Assembly (NCBI GenBank): GCA_963826905.1
Contig: CAWGZA010000003.1
Location: 282,769-346,768 of the forward strand
Origin: an uncultured Planctomycetaceae bacterium
Lineage (GTDB): Bacteria; Planctomycetota; Planctomycetia; Isosphaerales; Isosphaeraceae
Direction: 5' to 3'
Length of the DNA: 64,000 nt
The notes below the pieces were generated by a model. The model was not told where the DNA came from, made no database searches, and was given only the letters and a program-made list of their open reading frames with translations. Both the position numbers and the translations under genes were made by a program. Shown piece after piece: positions 39,691-52,003 of the stretch (position 1 is its first letter; every line of letters begins with the position of its first letter).

Positions 39691-41314
39691 ATGCGCACTA
39701 GCGGGATGATAGCGGTGGCCGCTCTCATTTTTTGTGCGAACATACTCCACGCCCAGGAGAATCCGGCCCCGTCCCCAGCCGTCGCGAAAATCACCTTGCT
39801 CGGCGCCAGGATCGAGTGGAAGGATTCGCTTTCCGGCCGCTCGGTCGTCGCCATTGACCTGGCGGGGAGCGACCGGTTTGGTGACCTTTATGTCCCTCTG
39901 CTCGACGCTTTCCCCGCGCTCGAACGACTTGACCTTTCGAGAACAGGTATCTCGGATGCCGGATTGCAGCGACTCCACGAACTGCCCGCTTTGACCGAGC
40001 TCAAGCTGACTTCGACCGACGTCACCGATGCATCACTCAGGGTTCTTGATAAATTCCCGAGCTTACAGCGGCTCGATCTCGAACGTACCCAGATCACCGA
40101 GGCGGGCTTTAGCGACCTTGGAAACCTTCAGCCCTTGACCCGGCTCAACCTGGTGATCGAGGCCTCTATCTCCGACCGCGGCTTGAAGCAGATTGCAAGA
40201 CTGCGAAAACTCGAGGATCTCGACCTGGCGTCCTGGTCGATCACGGACGTCGGGCTGGCGGAATTGCGCGAGCTCAAAGAATTGCGGCGGCTCAACTTGC
40301 GAGGCGCGCGAATTACCGACGGCGGGCTGAATGTCTTGCGGGATCTTCCTCACCTGAGCGAGCTGAACCTTCTCGACACCGAGGTCACTGCCGCGGGATT
40401 GCGGAAACTTGCCGAGATGACGACGCTCCGCAGGCTCGATGCTTCCGTGCCTCGGCTAACGGATGAACGCACCGGTGAATTGCAGACGTTCGCAAAACTC
40501 CCCAACGTTTACCTTTCCTTGCCGCAAGCTCAGCTCAGCGATGCGGGATTGAAAGGGCTCAGCGAAGTCACGAATCTCACCGGGATCGACCTGAGCGGAC
40601 GCCCGGTGACCGACATTGGGTTGCGGAACCTGAGCAGCCTCAAGACTCTCCACGAACTTCGTCTTGGCAACACCCGGACGACGGATCTGGGATTGAAGTT
40701 CCTCAGCGAGCTTCCCAACGTCGAGTTTCTGGAACTGCGCAACCTGCCGGTCACGGACGTCGGCCTGCATGAGATCGCCAAGCTCTCGCGGTTGAAGGCA
40801 TTGTGCCTCAACAGTCCCCAGATTACCGACGCGGGAGTAAGCGATCTCAGGGTGCTCAAACAGATGGACACACTATGGCTGCTGCGCGGCCATCACCGAT
40901 GCCGCGCTCAAGGATCTAGGCACCATGAAAAGCCTGACGGATCTTTTTCTTGGACAATGTACAGGGATTTCGGACGACGGGCTTGTCGAGCTGCGGGATC
41001 TGAAGAAGCTCAGGTTCCTCGGTCTCCAAGCCACTCCGATCACGGATGCCGGTCTGAAGCTTCTCGGCCAGCACACGCACGTCACGCGGCTCGTCTTGTC
41101 GCAAACCCAGATCACCGATGCGGGCCTTGAAGAGCTTGGATCGCTCGCGTTGAAAGAGCTCTACCTTCGGGGAACCGCGATCACCGACAAAGGTCTGATG
41201 AAGCTGAAACAACACAAGACGCTGACTCTGCTCGACGTGAGCCGCACCCGTGCCACGCAGGCCGGTCTTGACGAGATTCGCAAGGCCCTGCCGAAATTGA
41301 GCATCGTTCGATAA
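39691..41314 (+). CDS. Secreted leucine-rich-repeat (LRR) protein, one frameshift near 40900
   Basis: Signal peptide MRTSGMIAVAALIFCANILHA, then ~20 tandem ~24-aa LRRs (L..L.L..T.ITDAGL..L). Confidence 0.8.
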
Positions 41315-41634
41315 GCAGAAGCCCCCCCGAGAACTTCCCCGGTCCCACGGGGTCCAGGCTGCGGGATCCGGGGAATCGCCGATTGATCCCCTCGACGGCT
41401 CACCGTTGCGGTCACGGCAATCGACACTGTAGCTGGCGGGGAGATCGGGGCGTTGCGTGGGCAAGCTCACGCCGTGCGCATGCGGCCCATAGGGACTTTA
41501 CGTCGCGCAGCGGACGAACGTCTTGCGCCGCCACAAGCACCCGGCCCGCTGGGAAGACGGCCGCGCAGGAATTCGCTAAAATTGCCCACATGGGATCTCG
41601 GCCAATGATCACACATTCAGATTCGGGAAGTTTG

Positions 41635-41964
41635 ATGGATAAAACGACACGTTGGTATCACGACGTCGCGTACTTCTTCGGTGGCGCGTTCCTTGCCAAC
41701 ATGATCCCGCACCTGGTGAATGGCATGTCCGGCAACCCGTTCCAGAGCCCGTTCGCGTCACCTCCCGGGAAGGGCTTGTCATCGTCGACGGTGAACGTTC
41801 TGTGGGGCATGTTCAATCTCGCCGTAGCTTACCTTCTGGTCGTCCGCGTCGGCCGGTTCGACCTGCGTCGAACCAGGCATGTGGCCATTTTCGCGCTCGG
41901 TGCCTTGGCCATCGCCTTGATATCTGCCCGGCATTTCGGCGAACTTCATGGCGGACTTCGCTGA
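41635..41964 (+). CDS. Hypothetical small membrane protein
   Basis: ATG at 41635; two predicted TM helices; weak evidence. Confidence 0.35.
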   Translation: MDKTTRWYHDVAYFFGGAFLANMIPHLVNGMSGNPFQSPFASPPGKGLSSSTVNVLWGMFNLAVAYLLVVRVGRFDLRRTRHVAIFALGALAIALISARHFGELHGGLR

Positions 41965-41989
41965 CCAGTGCGCTCAATCGCAGATCGTC

Positions 41990-42828
41990 CTACAGCATCG
42001 GTAGCCCACGGGGGCGGGGGCCGCGGGGGAAGGCGGCATCGATCCGCGCGAGCTCGGCGTCGGTCAGCGGCAGGTCGCCGGCCCCTGCGTTTTCGGCCGC
42101 GTGCTCGGGGCTCGAAGCCTTGGGGATCGTGAGCAGCGAAGGACGCTGCACCAGGAACCGGAGCGCAACCTGGCGCGGAGTCGCGCCGTGGGCCTTGGCA
42201 ACGTCTTGCAAGACCCGGCCGCCTTTCGTGGACGGGCCGGGAAAGTGGCCGTGGCCCAGCGGGCTGTAGGCAACGACGGCAACCCCGTGAGCCTCGCACC
42301 AGGGGATCACGGCGTGCTCGATCGCGCGTTCTTCCAGGTGATAAAGCACCTGGTTACAGGCGATCCGTTGCTTGCCAACGAGCGCGAGGGCTTCGTCGAG
42401 GTCCGGCACGTCGAAGTTGCTCACGCCCCAGGACACGATCTTCCCGCGCGCTGGAGCTGCTCGAAGGCGGCGAACGTGTCCTCGAGCGGATGCCCGCCAC
42501 GCCAGTGCAGCAGGTAGCAGTCAAGATGGTCGGTCTTCAGGCGCACGAGCGAACGGTCGCACGCCGCGATCGTCCCTTTCCGCGACGCATTCTGGGGCAG
42601 CACCTTGGAGACCAGGATCACGTCGTCGCGGCGGCCAGCAATCGCCTCGGCGACCAGGATCTCGGCGTCACCATACATTTCCGCCGTGTCAATGTGATTC
42701 ATTCCGAGCTCGAGCCCCCGGCGCAGGGCCGCGACCACCGCCGCGCGATCACCCTGGTCGATCATCCAGGTTCCCTGCCCGATGACCGGTATCTCCAGCG
42801 CGGTGGGTCCAAGTTGGTGCTGTTGCAT
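41990..42828 (-). CDS. Aldo/keto reductase family oxidoreductase, one frameshift near 42430
   Basis: LGTWMIDQGD...IDTAEMYGDAE...LDCYLLHW, frame switch, ...GVSNF...AYSPLG. Confidence 0.85.
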
Positions 42829-43144
42829 TCCCGTCCTCCGATTCTGTTCTCTGGCTTTCGCGGACCGACAACGGCATCACGCGATGGCCCGCTCGATCCG
42901 CCGCAGGAGTTCGGTCTTGGGGTGAACGCGGCTTTCCAGCCTGAACTACAATCCTAGACACGCCACTACTACCTCGACAGTGCCAGTCACAGTACGGCAC
43001 TGACGATGGCCAGCCAACCATGCTTTTTATCAGAGAGCGCATCGGCAGCAATCAGGCCGCTCAAGGCACTGGTCTCCGGAAGTCGAAAATGGGCCGCGTC
43101 TTCCGCGTCAACGGGTCGGCCATCTGGACAGACGGCTGGCTGGG

Positions 43145-44418
43145 TTGGATCGTGAGAATGGAAGTAACCTATACTGGATTAATGGATCCATGATCCAGGG
43201 AGGAACGATGCTGCTCACCTTGCTTTTCTATATAACGTTCGCGGTCGGCGAGCTCTGCTTCGTGGTTCTCGCGATCAATATTGTTCACGGCATGGGCTGG
43301 AAGCGGCGCTGGCTGGAGGGTGCGACCATCCTGGGCCTGGTTGTGGTGGGCCTGGTTTCGCTGGAGCTCACGCGTCGCTGGTGGCTGGCTCCGGTGAGTG
43401 ACTGGCCCATGGCACTGAAGGTGCTGGGGGCGGCTTGCTCGCTGATGGCACTGGTGGGTCTGCCGGTGGCGAGCTTCATTCGCTGGACGCGAGGCGAGCA
43501 CGAGGGGTTCCAGCGGACCGATCGACACGTCGACCTGGTCGGGAACGAACCGCGGGAGCGGTTCATCGGCAGCGGGCATCACAACTGGCTGTTGCGCATC
43601 CCGGGGAATCAAGCTCTGGGCCTGGTCGTTCACAGTTGGTCCATCCCCTTCGACGACCTGCCGCGGGAACTGGATGGGCTGTCGATCCTGCACCTGACCG
43701 ACCTTCACTTCTCGCACGCGTACGACCGCCACTACTTTGAAGCGGCCTTCGATGTCGCAGCGGGTTGCTTCGCCGACCTCGTGTTCATCACGGGCGATCT
43801 GATCGACGATCCGTCCTGCATGGACTGGATCACCCACCTGTTTGATCGCATCCCCGCGCTAGTGGGTCGATATGCCATCCTCGGAAACCACGATCACAAT
43901 CACGACACCGACCGGATCATGGGCGCCGTGGCGGCCGCCGGCTACTCGGTGCTCGATGGCGATGTCACAACCGTGTCGATCATGATGAAGACCCTGGCGA
44001 TTGGCGGTACCTGCGCACCCTGGGGGCGCAGATTGAGAGCTCGGCAATCCCACCCGCCGACTTTCGATTGCTGCTCAGCCATACACCCGACATTGCCTAC
44101 CAGGCGGCAGCTCAGCGCTGGGACTTCATGCTCTGCGGCCACAACCACGGCGGCCAGGTGCAGCTTCCGATCGTCGGCCCGGTGCTCATGCCCAGCCGCT
44201 ATAGCCGCCGATTCGAGAGCGGCTTCTACCGCATCGAGCCGACCTTGATGTACGTCAGCCGCGGGCTCGGAGCCAAACAGCCCATCCGCCTGGGCTGTCC
44301 GCCGGAGCTCAGCCACTTCACGCTGACGTGTGCGTCCAGCACAAAGGCTGCACCACGCCGGGTCAGCAGCACGCACCACTCCCGCCCGGAGCAGTCGCGC
44401 CGGCCGTCGAGCCAGTAA
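43145..44418 (+). CDS. Membrane-anchored metallophosphoesterase (calcineurin-like), frameshift near 43985; 3' end uncertain
   Basis: N-terminal TM helices; LHLTDLHFS, GDLIDD, GNHDHNHD, then after the shift CGHNHGGQ - the canonical MPP motifs. Confidence 0.75.
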
Positions 44419-44430
44419 GTCGCCTGACCG

Positions 44431-45902
44431 TCACGGCGTGGCGGACGAGTGGGCCGCGGGGGGGATGGCTCCGTTCTCGGTGTCGGCATCGTCCGGGAGG
44501 TTCAGCTCCTTGATCCGGCGATAGAGGCGAGGGCGGGAGATTCCCAGGAACTCGGCGGCTCTCGACTTGTTTTGGCGGGCGCGGCTGAGGGCTGTCTCGA
44601 TCAGCCGTCGCTCAATCTCGGTCAGGAGCTCGTCGAGAGGCTTGGTTGTTGCGGACAGAGGTGGCGGCAAATAGGCAGCGCCGAGGTGGCCGCGGGTGGA
44701 GGCAGGGAGGTCCGTCAGGTCGATCATGGGCATGACCTGCTCTGGCTGAGTCTCGCGCGGACTTGCTCGTGCGCCGAGTCGATCACGCGGGCAAGCTCGC
44801 CGAGATTGCCGGGCCAGTCGTAGGCCTGTAGAGCCGAGACGGCCTCGGGGGTAAAGCCGCCGCATGTCGAGCTGGTGCGCTGATTGGCGCGTTCCAGGAA
44901 CGATTGGGCCAGAAGCAAGAGATCATAACGGCGGTCGCGCAGAGCAAGAGTCGGAATCACGAATACGGTCAATCCATAGTATAGCTCCGGCCGAAGCTGC
45001 TCGTGCTTGAGCGCGGTTTCGGGATCGCCGGTCGTGGTGGCAATCAGTCGCACTCGTCCGGCCAGCGACCCGGCCAGCCGCGCCTGGAGGTCACGCGGCA
45101 GGGCCAGGATATCTCCAATCAGGAGAGTCGAGCCTTCCGCCAGCGAAAGACGACCGCGGCACGATTCGCATGCGGAATCCCCCATGTTCTCAGCGGGTCC
45201 GTCTTGCTGTCCATAATCGAAAAGTTCGCGTTCGATAACCTCTGGCGGCAGGGCCTTGCAATCGATTGGCACAAGCGGAAGCTGATTCCCGGCCCCGAGC
45301 TGGTGGATGGTACGCGCAACCAGCCGCTTGCCGGTGCCTGGTTCGCCCACGATGAGCACGGCCGTGGTACTGGCGGCCGCGAGGCGAACCTGCTCGAGCA
45401 AGCGACGATGCGCCGGGCCAGTGCCTATCAGCGACTCGCAGCGGAATGTCTGCTGGAGTCGTTCCCGCAACTCCATCAAGCGAAGACGAAGCTGGTGAGC
45501 TCGTGAGTCAGGGACGCTGGGTGGTGTGCTTGCCTCGCGCGCCTGGCCGAGCATACCGATGAGGGCTCCGGCCTGGTCGCGAAAAGGCCAGAATTCAATC
45601 CGGCGCCAGAGTCGTTCGCCAGTCGCGTGCAGGATGAGGGTCAAGCTTCCGCAGGGCTGGCCGTCGACCGCCTCCGGTGGCGGGACGAAACTGGCAGCCA
45701 GGTCAGCCGGGTCGCCCGATGCGATGGGACCATAACTGGCGCAGGTCTGGCCCAGGATCGACTCGGCGGGATGTCCCGTCAATCCTTCCCAGGCGCGATT
45801 GACCCAACTCACGCGGAGCGATGGATCGAGCCAGAACATCGGCTCGCGCGCCTGCTGCCAGAGCTGGTCCGGCTTGAACGCCGAAACGCGTGGAGGCGCC
45901 AT
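44431..45902 (-). CDS. Sigma-54-dependent transcriptional activator (PAS-AAA+-HTH), one frameshift near 44790
   Basis: PAS-like N-terminus; Walker A GEPGTGKRLVARTIH and Walker B; C-terminal Fis-type HTH (AEFLGISRPRLYRRIKELNL) in a shifted frame. Confidence 0.85.
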
Positions 45903-46067
45903 GTAAAATGATTTAACCTGGGATAGAGAAGGCCGAGGACAGTGGTCAACCGCCGCGTCGAAACGGTGAAGCCAACGGCCATGGCCGTCCTCACCGATCG
46001 TTTGAAATACCCTGTTCCGCTCAACATCGCTCTATCCGCCGCCGAAGGCAAGAAAAAAGCAAGAAAC

Positions 46068-47175
46068 ATGTGCACCCGCCAGAGCGACCCGACCACCGGA
46101 CGAGACTGGTCCCGAGTTATAGCCCTGGACGGTGGAACCACCAATACGCGGGCTCGGCTGATCCGGGACGGCAAGGTGGTTGCCACGGCGCGGCGAACGG
46201 CCGGTGTCCGCGACACGGTTCTCGGCGAGCGTTCGTCAGGCCAGACGCTGGCCGACGCGGTTCGCGACGTGATCGCGGAAGTAGCTGGACCCGAAGGTGG
46301 GCCGCCTAGAGCGACGACGGCGCTGCCGCGTGCCGATCTGATCTTGGCCGCCGGAATGATCTCTTCCGAGGTCGGCTTGCTGGCGGTACCTCATGTTCCC
46401 GCACCCGCGGGCATTGCCGAGCTGGCGGCCGCGGTGATGACTCGTACGTTTCCACAGATCAGTCCCTGGCCGATTCACTTCGTGCCGGGGATACGTACGC
46501 CTGCCGACGCTGGCCCCGACGGCTGGATGAATGCCGACGTGATGCGCGGGGAAGAGTGCGAGACCCTGGGAGCGTTGAGCGAACTCACGCGAAAAGGCGG
46601 GCTAAGACCTGGCCAGGAAGCTCTGGCCTTCGTGTGGCCCGGGTCGCACACGAAGCTGGTTGAAGTTGACGGGCAAGGGCGGATCACGCGGAGCCATACC
46701 ACCCTGGCGGGCGAATTGATTCAGTCAGTAGCCGGCCACACGCTGATTGCGGCAAGTTTGCCGGCAGAGCTTCCCAGCGTTCTCGACATGGAGTCAGCCG
46801 AGGCGGGAGCGCGGGCCACCCGGCAGCAGGGGTTGGAACGGGCTGCTTTTCTTGTTCGCGTAGGGGCACTTCTGGGAACGATAAGTCCCGAACAACTCGC
46901 GTCGTTCTGGGTCGGTGCGGTGGCGGCCGACGACACCGGCCACCTGGCCGTTCATCCCATCCTGCGCAAGGGCGGCCGGTGTGGATCGGCGGACGGGAAC
47001 CATTGCGCACCCTCTATACGCGGTGGTTGACCGCGTTGGTCCCGGGTCCGGTCACCCCCCTGGACGACGAGCTCGCCGAAGCAGCTTCGGCGCTTGGCGC
47101 CCTCGCGATCGTGAGAGCTGCGATCGACTCAGGGCGCCGGGCGCTGAGTCAACTGCCAGAGAACCGGCTCCATGA
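46068..47175 (+). CDS. dgoK: 2-dehydro-3-deoxygalactonokinase (DgoK family); C-terminus in shifted frame, end uncertain
   Basis: VIALDGGTTNTRARL N-terminal motif; the C-terminal LDDELAEAASALGALAI is in a different frame. Confidence 0.65.
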
Positions 47176-47952
47176 CCAGACAACCTGGCCGAGCACCAGC
47201 GCGGCACTTGGGTCTTCCAGATCCACCGGCACAAGGGGAAAATCTCTGCCCTGCTGGTTGGGGCGAAGAATCATGTGACGTCCACTCACTTCCAGCCAGC
47301 GGATAACGGGCACGCCATCAGGACAGGCGGCAACGATCCGGCCATGCAGGAGCAGAGGATTGGTCATCGACCGATCGATGGCCGCCACCGATCCAACGGG
47401 CAAGATCGGGTGCATGGCATCGTCGAGCATGCGAACGCCAATCGTCTGGGCCGGATTGGGAAGCCATTGCCGGTAGGCCATGATGTAACCCTCGACACGC
47501 GAGGGATCGAGCACGGTCTTGCCGATTTCGGAAAGTGGATAGAGACTGACCGCCGCGAAATCCGATGCGACTTCGGAGGGCAGGTTCTCTGGAGCCACGA
47601 CCACGACTTCACTGGACGACCGCTCCAGCTTTTCCAGGCCGCGGCGGATCAGTTCGAGGGGCGTCAGTTCCGAGAGGATTCGTTCATCACTCGATTCACG
47701 GTACTTGGAACCCTCGCCGGAGATCAAATACGTCGGGTTCGCGCCGGTTTGTTCAATGAAGCCGAGCAGGACTTCGGCCGGAACCGTTACGCCAGTTTCA
47801 TAGTTGTACCAGGTTCGCGCGGGCAGATTGAGGCGGCGAGCAAGCTCCGGGCCGCCGTGATCGCCAAAGAGTTCCTGACGGATTTCTCTCAAACGGCGCG
47901 ATAAAGAGGCTTTGACATTGACGCGAACTTTTGGGGTCTTCTTGCGAGCCAC
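47149..47952 (-). CDS. LexA/CI-like repressor (HTH plus S24 peptidase domain)
   Basis: HTH N-terminus (LARRLNLPARTWYNYETG) and a C-terminal S24-like beta-rich domain. The LexA/CI autocleavage fold is plausible. Confidence 0.7.
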   Translation of the reverse strand: MARKKTPKVRVNVKASLSRRLREIRQELFGDHGGPELARRLNLPARTWYNYETGVTVPAEVLLGFIEQTGANPTYLISGEGSKYRESSDERILSELTPLELIRRGLEKLERSSSEVVVVAPENLPSEVASDFAAVSLYPLSEIGKTVLDPSRVEGYIMAYRQWLPNPAQTIGVRMLDDAMHPILPVGSVAAIDRSMTNPLLLHGRIVAACPDGVPVIRWLEVSGRHMILRPNQQGRDFPLVPVDLEDPSAALVLGQVVWSWSRFSGS

Positions 47953-48386
47953 GGCATCGATCCCGCAAGCGGGAGCCTCCTGGATTCGGCTGAGGAAGGA
48001 CGTTTGGTCGACTGGAGGACTCAGCCTTAGATTACAGAGCTTACCCGAGGCTCCGGGCGAGGAACCAGCGTCTCCGACTCTTTTCTTGGCTCAATCCTCT
48101 CGCGATCAGTCGCTCTGCGCCGGATCAACTTAGCATAAACCCTGGCCAGAGTCAGCAGAGGCATGATCTGTTACAAAAAACACCGGCAAGCGATCAGTTT
48201 ACACAACAGATTGATGCGTGCAAGCAAAAAGCCGAGCTTCAATGTTATTAATTCACAACGGGCCTTTCAAAACAAGCGCTTCTCGTGGGTACCAGCAGGT
48301 GGACTAACTTTGCCCATACCGCCCTGGTGACCCGAAGCCCTGACCAGACCCGACGGCCTTGAGACGTGTGGCCCGATCACGAATTC

Positions 48387-48704
48387 TCAAAAAAAGCCGA
48401 GTTCGTCACGGGCTGCGTCAGACATTCGGTCGGGCGACCAAGGGGGAGACATGACTAGCCGAACGTCTGCCTTGGTGATCCCCTCAACTTTCTCGAGAGC
48501 GGACACGGTGCTGCGCAGGATTTCAGGACCGGCGGGGCAAGCCGGGGAAGTGAGGGTCATCTCGACTTCGACGCGGTCGTCATGGGTCTGGATCGAGTAC
48601 ACCAATCCAAGGTCAATCACGTTAACATTCAGTTCCGGGTCCTTGACCGTTCGCAGAGCCGACACGAGAGTTTCCTGGTCGATCACGGCAGGGTCTCCTA
48701 GCAA
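48387..48704 (-). CDS. sufT: SufT/DUF59 (MIP18-family) Fe-S assembly protein
   Basis: ...VKDPELNVNVIDLGLVY...LTSPACPAGPEI.... Confidence 0.8.
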   Translation of the reverse strand: MLGDPAVIDQETLVSALRTVKDPELNVNVIDLGLVYSIQTHDDRVEVEMTLTSPACPAGPEILRSTVSALEKVEGITKADVRLVMSPPWSPDRMSDAARDELGFF

Positions 48705-48743
48705 AGAGCGGGCACAGCGGCAGGAGAAAGAGAATTCAGGAAT

Positions 48744-49058
48744 TCAGTCCTCGATCACGACGAAAACCTCGTCGCCCTTGACGACCACCTGGTGCGTGGC
48801 GACCGGTTCAATGGCCGGCATGCAGAGGGGCTTACCGGTCCGCACATCGAACCGGGCTCCGTGGCGGGGGCACTCGATCTCGCCGCCGCGGAAATCGCCT
48901 TCCGCGAGTGGTCCGCCGTCGTGTGTGCAGATGTCGTCGATTGCGTAGAGGCTACCCTCGGCGTTGAAGAGGGCGATGGACCGACCGTCCACCTCGATCA
49001 GCTTCTTCTGGCCGGGGGCCAGTTCGGAACGGTTCGCCACCTTGACTGGTACTGGCAT
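48744..49058 (-). CDS. Rieske [2Fe-2S] ferredoxin-like protein
   Basis: CTHDGGPL...ECPRHGARF is the Rieske CxH...CxxH motif. Confidence 0.85.
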   Translation of the reverse strand: MPVPVKVANRSELAPGQKKLIEVDGRSIALFNAEGSLYAIDDICTHDGGPLAEGDFRGGEIECPRHGARFDVRTGKPLCMPAIEPVATHQVVVKGDEVFVVIED

Positions 49059-49146
49059 CGTTCGTCCATTCTCTTCGGCCGGTCGCAGGACTGGCCAGTC
49101 ATGGGTCGGATTGAATCGAAGGTCAATCGACGAGGCCGCAAGCCCG

Positions 49147-49617
49147 TCATTGAGACCGTTTGTGTTCGGGGGGCGAGTGATTCGGATTCTCGGCCTGCGC
49201 GATGGCGGCCCGCGTCACCTCGCTCTTGATTCGCCGCAGCACGCCGCTGAGCCCGCGGACGCGGAGCATGCCCAGCACCTCTTGCAGAGCGCAGCGCTCA
49301 AGGAGGTCGCCCGGCACCTTGAGCACCTCCTCGACGGTTGCCCCGCTCAGCCCCTCGATCAAGAGCGAAACAAACCCCCTCACCGTGGGTGCTTCGATCG
49401 GGGCGTCGGCGTAGAGTGCAACGCGATCACCCACCATCTCGACGAAGAGGTAGACCGGTGACTGGCATTCCTCGACCCGGTGTGAAGCGTCCTTGAGTTT
49501 TGCCAGGTGCTCGGGCAATGACGGCAGGTTCTTGGCGAAATCGATCAGCAGATCGATGCGTTCCTGCCGGTCGGATTCGCTCAGTTCGGCAACGATCTCG
49601 TCTAGTGCGGCCGGCAT
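49147..49617 (-). CDS. sufE: SufE-like sulfur acceptor
   Basis: ...EECQSPVYLFVE... with the conserved Cys. Start assigned to MPAALDEIV (ATG at 49615-49617). Confidence 0.75.
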   Translation of the reverse strand: MPAALDEIVAELSESDRQERIDLLIDFAKNLPSLPEHLAKLKDASHRVEECQSPVYLFVEMVGDRVALYADAPIEAPTVRGFVSLLIEGLSGATVEEVLKVPGDLLERCALQEVLGMLRVRGLSGVLRRIKSEVTRAAIAQAENPNHSPPEHKRSQ

Positions 49618-49660
49618 TGGATCCTCGCCTGCCTCTGCTGGGCCCGGTCGAAGTCGGTTT

Positions 49661-50515
49661 TCAGGCCCCTCTGGCGATGGGCACACGTACCAGGTTACCC
49701 CATTCGGTCCACGATCCATCGTAATTGCGCACGTGCGAAAAGCCCAGAAGGTAGGTCAGCACGAACCAGGTGAGGCTTGATCGCTCACCGATGCGGCAGT
49801 AAGCGACGATGTCGTCGCTCGGTTTGAGCCCTAGTTCGTCTTGATAGATTGCGACCAGTTCCTCGGTGGACTTGAAGGTCCCGTCCTCGTTGACCGCCCG
49901 GCCCCACGGCACATTCCTGGCTCCTGGGATATGGCCTCCCCGTAGCGAACCTTCCTGGGGATACTCTTCCATGTGGAGCATCTCGCCAGTGAACTCCTTC
50001 GGACTGCGGACGTCGATGAGCGGCTTGCCGGCCTTTGCATGGGCCAGCACTTCCTCGCGAAACGCTCGGATCTTGGCCTCGTGGCCACCGGCGACCACGT
50101 ACCTGGTTGCGGGGTACCTTGTCGGCTCGGTGGAGAGTGGCCGGCCCTGGTCGATCCAGAGCTTTCGTCCGCCGTTCATCACCTTGCAGTCTTTGTGGCC
50201 GAAGAGTGTGAAGGCCCAGAAGGCGTAACAAGCCCACCAGTTGGACTTGTCCCCATAGAAGACCACGGTGGTGTCGGTGGCGATACCGTTCCGTGAGCAC
50301 AGCTCAGAGAACTTATCGCCGTTGATATAGTCACGGATGATCTGATCTTGCAGGTCTCCTTGCCAGTCGATGCGCACTGCCCCGGGGATATGGCCCACCT
50401 CGTACAGCAGCAAGTCCTCGTCGCTTTCCACGATCCGGACCTTGGGGTCCTTCAAGTGTTCCTGGACCCAGTCGATCGAGACCAGCGCATCGGGATGAAC
50501 ATAGGGTTTTCCCAT
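49661..50515 (-). CDS. sseA: Rhodanese-family sulfurtransferase (3-mercaptopyruvate / thiosulfate sulfurtransferase, two rhodanese domains)
   Basis: ...GHIPGA...; active site CRIGERSS; start MGKPYVHPD with a GAGGA RBS. Confidence 0.85.
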   Translation of the reverse strand: MGKPYVHPDALVSIDWVQEHLKDPKVRIVESDEDLLLYEVGHIPGAVRIDWQGDLQDQIIRDYINGDKFSELCSRNGIATDTTVVFYGDKSNWWACYAFWAFTLFGHKDCKVMNGGRKLWIDQGRPLSTEPTRYPATRYVVAGGHEAKIRAFREEVLAHAKAGKPLIDVRSPKEFTGEMLHMEEYPQEGSLRGGHIPGARNVPWGRAVNEDGTFKSTEELVAIYQDELGLKPSDDIVAYCRIGERSSLTWFVLTYLLGFSHVRNYDGSWTEWGNLVRVPIARGA

Positions 50516-50577
50516 GGCGAATTCCTCTTCTGGTGAACGGGTCGCGGCCGGGACTTCTGCGGTCCCACGACCGAGTT

Positions 50578-51924
50578 TCACTGGGTCTTTTCAAGTTTCG
50601 CGGCCACGGCCTGCCTGAGCGTTTCCTGGACCGGCTCCAAGGTGATCCGGTCGTAGACGTTCGCAAAGAAACCTTCGACAATGAGCCGGATTGCGGTCTT
50701 GCGGGGAATGCCGCGTGCCTGAGCGGCGAAGATCATCTCCTCATCGACTCGGCTGGCCGTAGCGCCGTGGGTACAGCGAACGTCGTTGGCTTCGATCTCC
50801 AGTCCCGGAATCGAATCAGCCCGAGCGGTCTCCGACAGCATCAAGTTGTCATTCTTCTGGTAGGCGTCGGTCCGCTGGGCGTCCTTTTCGACCCGGATCA
50901 TTCCTTTCCAGACGATCCGGGAGCGATCCTTCAGGCCAGCCTTGTAGAGCAGATCGCTGGTCGTGTGCGGAGCCTGGTGATCCTGGCGCGTGAAATAGGC
51001 GAGGTGCGCGCGGCCGGTGGTGAACATGACGCCATTAACCTGAGCGCTAGCTCCCTGGCCGGTGAGCGCGACCTCTTGATTGACCTTGGAAAGTCGCGAC
51101 CCGAGCCCGCCGACGGTCCACTGGAGTGAAGCGTCGCGGCCCACGAGCGCCCGCTCGCGGCTGAAATGCCAGGTCGACGCATCCCAGTTCTGGATATTGA
51201 CCAGCCGGAACCGGGAGCCCGCACCTTGCACCACCTCGATTGCCCCAACATGGAGTCCTGGAGCCTCGCGGCCGGCGGCCGAGGCCGTTTCGCGGACCAG
51301 GCTTGCCTCGGCACCTTCCTCGAGGACGACAAGCGTGTGGCTGAGATCGACACGCCCATCATGGGCCAGACCAACCAGGCTGAACAGTGGCGCTTCAACC
51401 TTGACGCCTCGGGGAACATAAAGCAAAGTCCCGCCGGTCCAGAACGCCGCGTGGAGGGCCGCGAAAACGTCGTCGCCTGGCTGCACGGCCTGGGTCATGA
51501 AGTAGCGGCGAACCAGCTCGGGGTGCTTCTGAACGGCTTCGTGCAGGTCAAGGAAAAGAGCGCCGCCCAGGCGAGCGGAATCGGCCGGGCGAACCGCCGC
51601 CCCGTTGATGTGCTCGATTCCGGTAGCGTAGTGAGAGCTCAAGTTCTCCCAGAGTCCGTCGAGTGCCCAACGGGATTCGCTGGCAGGCTCATCGACGCCC
51701 GGGGGAGCGAAACTCTCCAGCTTGAAGGAGCGAATATCGGTTCGCCGCCATTCCTCGTCGCGGGCACTCGGCCAGGCAAAGGCCCGAAACCGTGCGAAGG
51801 CCTCCCGGCGCTGGTCGGTCAGCCACCCGGGTTCGTCGCGGTCACGGAGGAACGATTGAAATGCCGATTCCGTGAATCCGCCGATCATGGATGTCGTGGA
51901 TACGCTGCTCATCATGTCTCGCAT
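50578..51924 (-). CDS. sufD: Fe-S cluster assembly protein SufD
   Basis: SufBD-fold, 448 aa, between sufB and the rhodanese gene. Confidence 0.85.
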   Translation of the reverse strand: MRDMMSSVSTTSMIGGFTESAFQSFLRDRDEPGWLTDQRREAFARFRAFAWPSARDEEWRRTDIRSFKLESFAPPGVDEPASESRWALDGLWENLSSHYATGIEHINGAAVRPADSARLGGALFLDLHEAVQKHPELVRRYFMTQAVQPGDDVFAALHAAFWTGGTLLYVPRGVKVEAPLFSLVGLAHDGRVDLSHTLVVLEEGAEASLVRETASAAGREAPGLHVGAIEVVQGAGSRFRLVNIQNWDASTWHFSRERALVGRDASLQWTVGGLGSRLSKVNQEVALTGQGASAQVNGVMFTTGRAHLAYFTRQDHQAPHTTSDLLYKAGLKDRSRIVWKGMIRVEKDAQRTDAYQKNDNLMLSETARADSIPGLEIEANDVRCTHGATASRVDEEMIFAAQARGIPRKTAIRLIVEGFFANVYDRITLEPVQETLRQAVAAKLEKTQ

Positions 51925-52003
51925 TTTCTACTACGAACCATTCCAGATACGAACCGAGTGGTCGATCCGTTCGAGTCGGTCTCCTCCAGCGGAGGGCTCG
52001 CTT

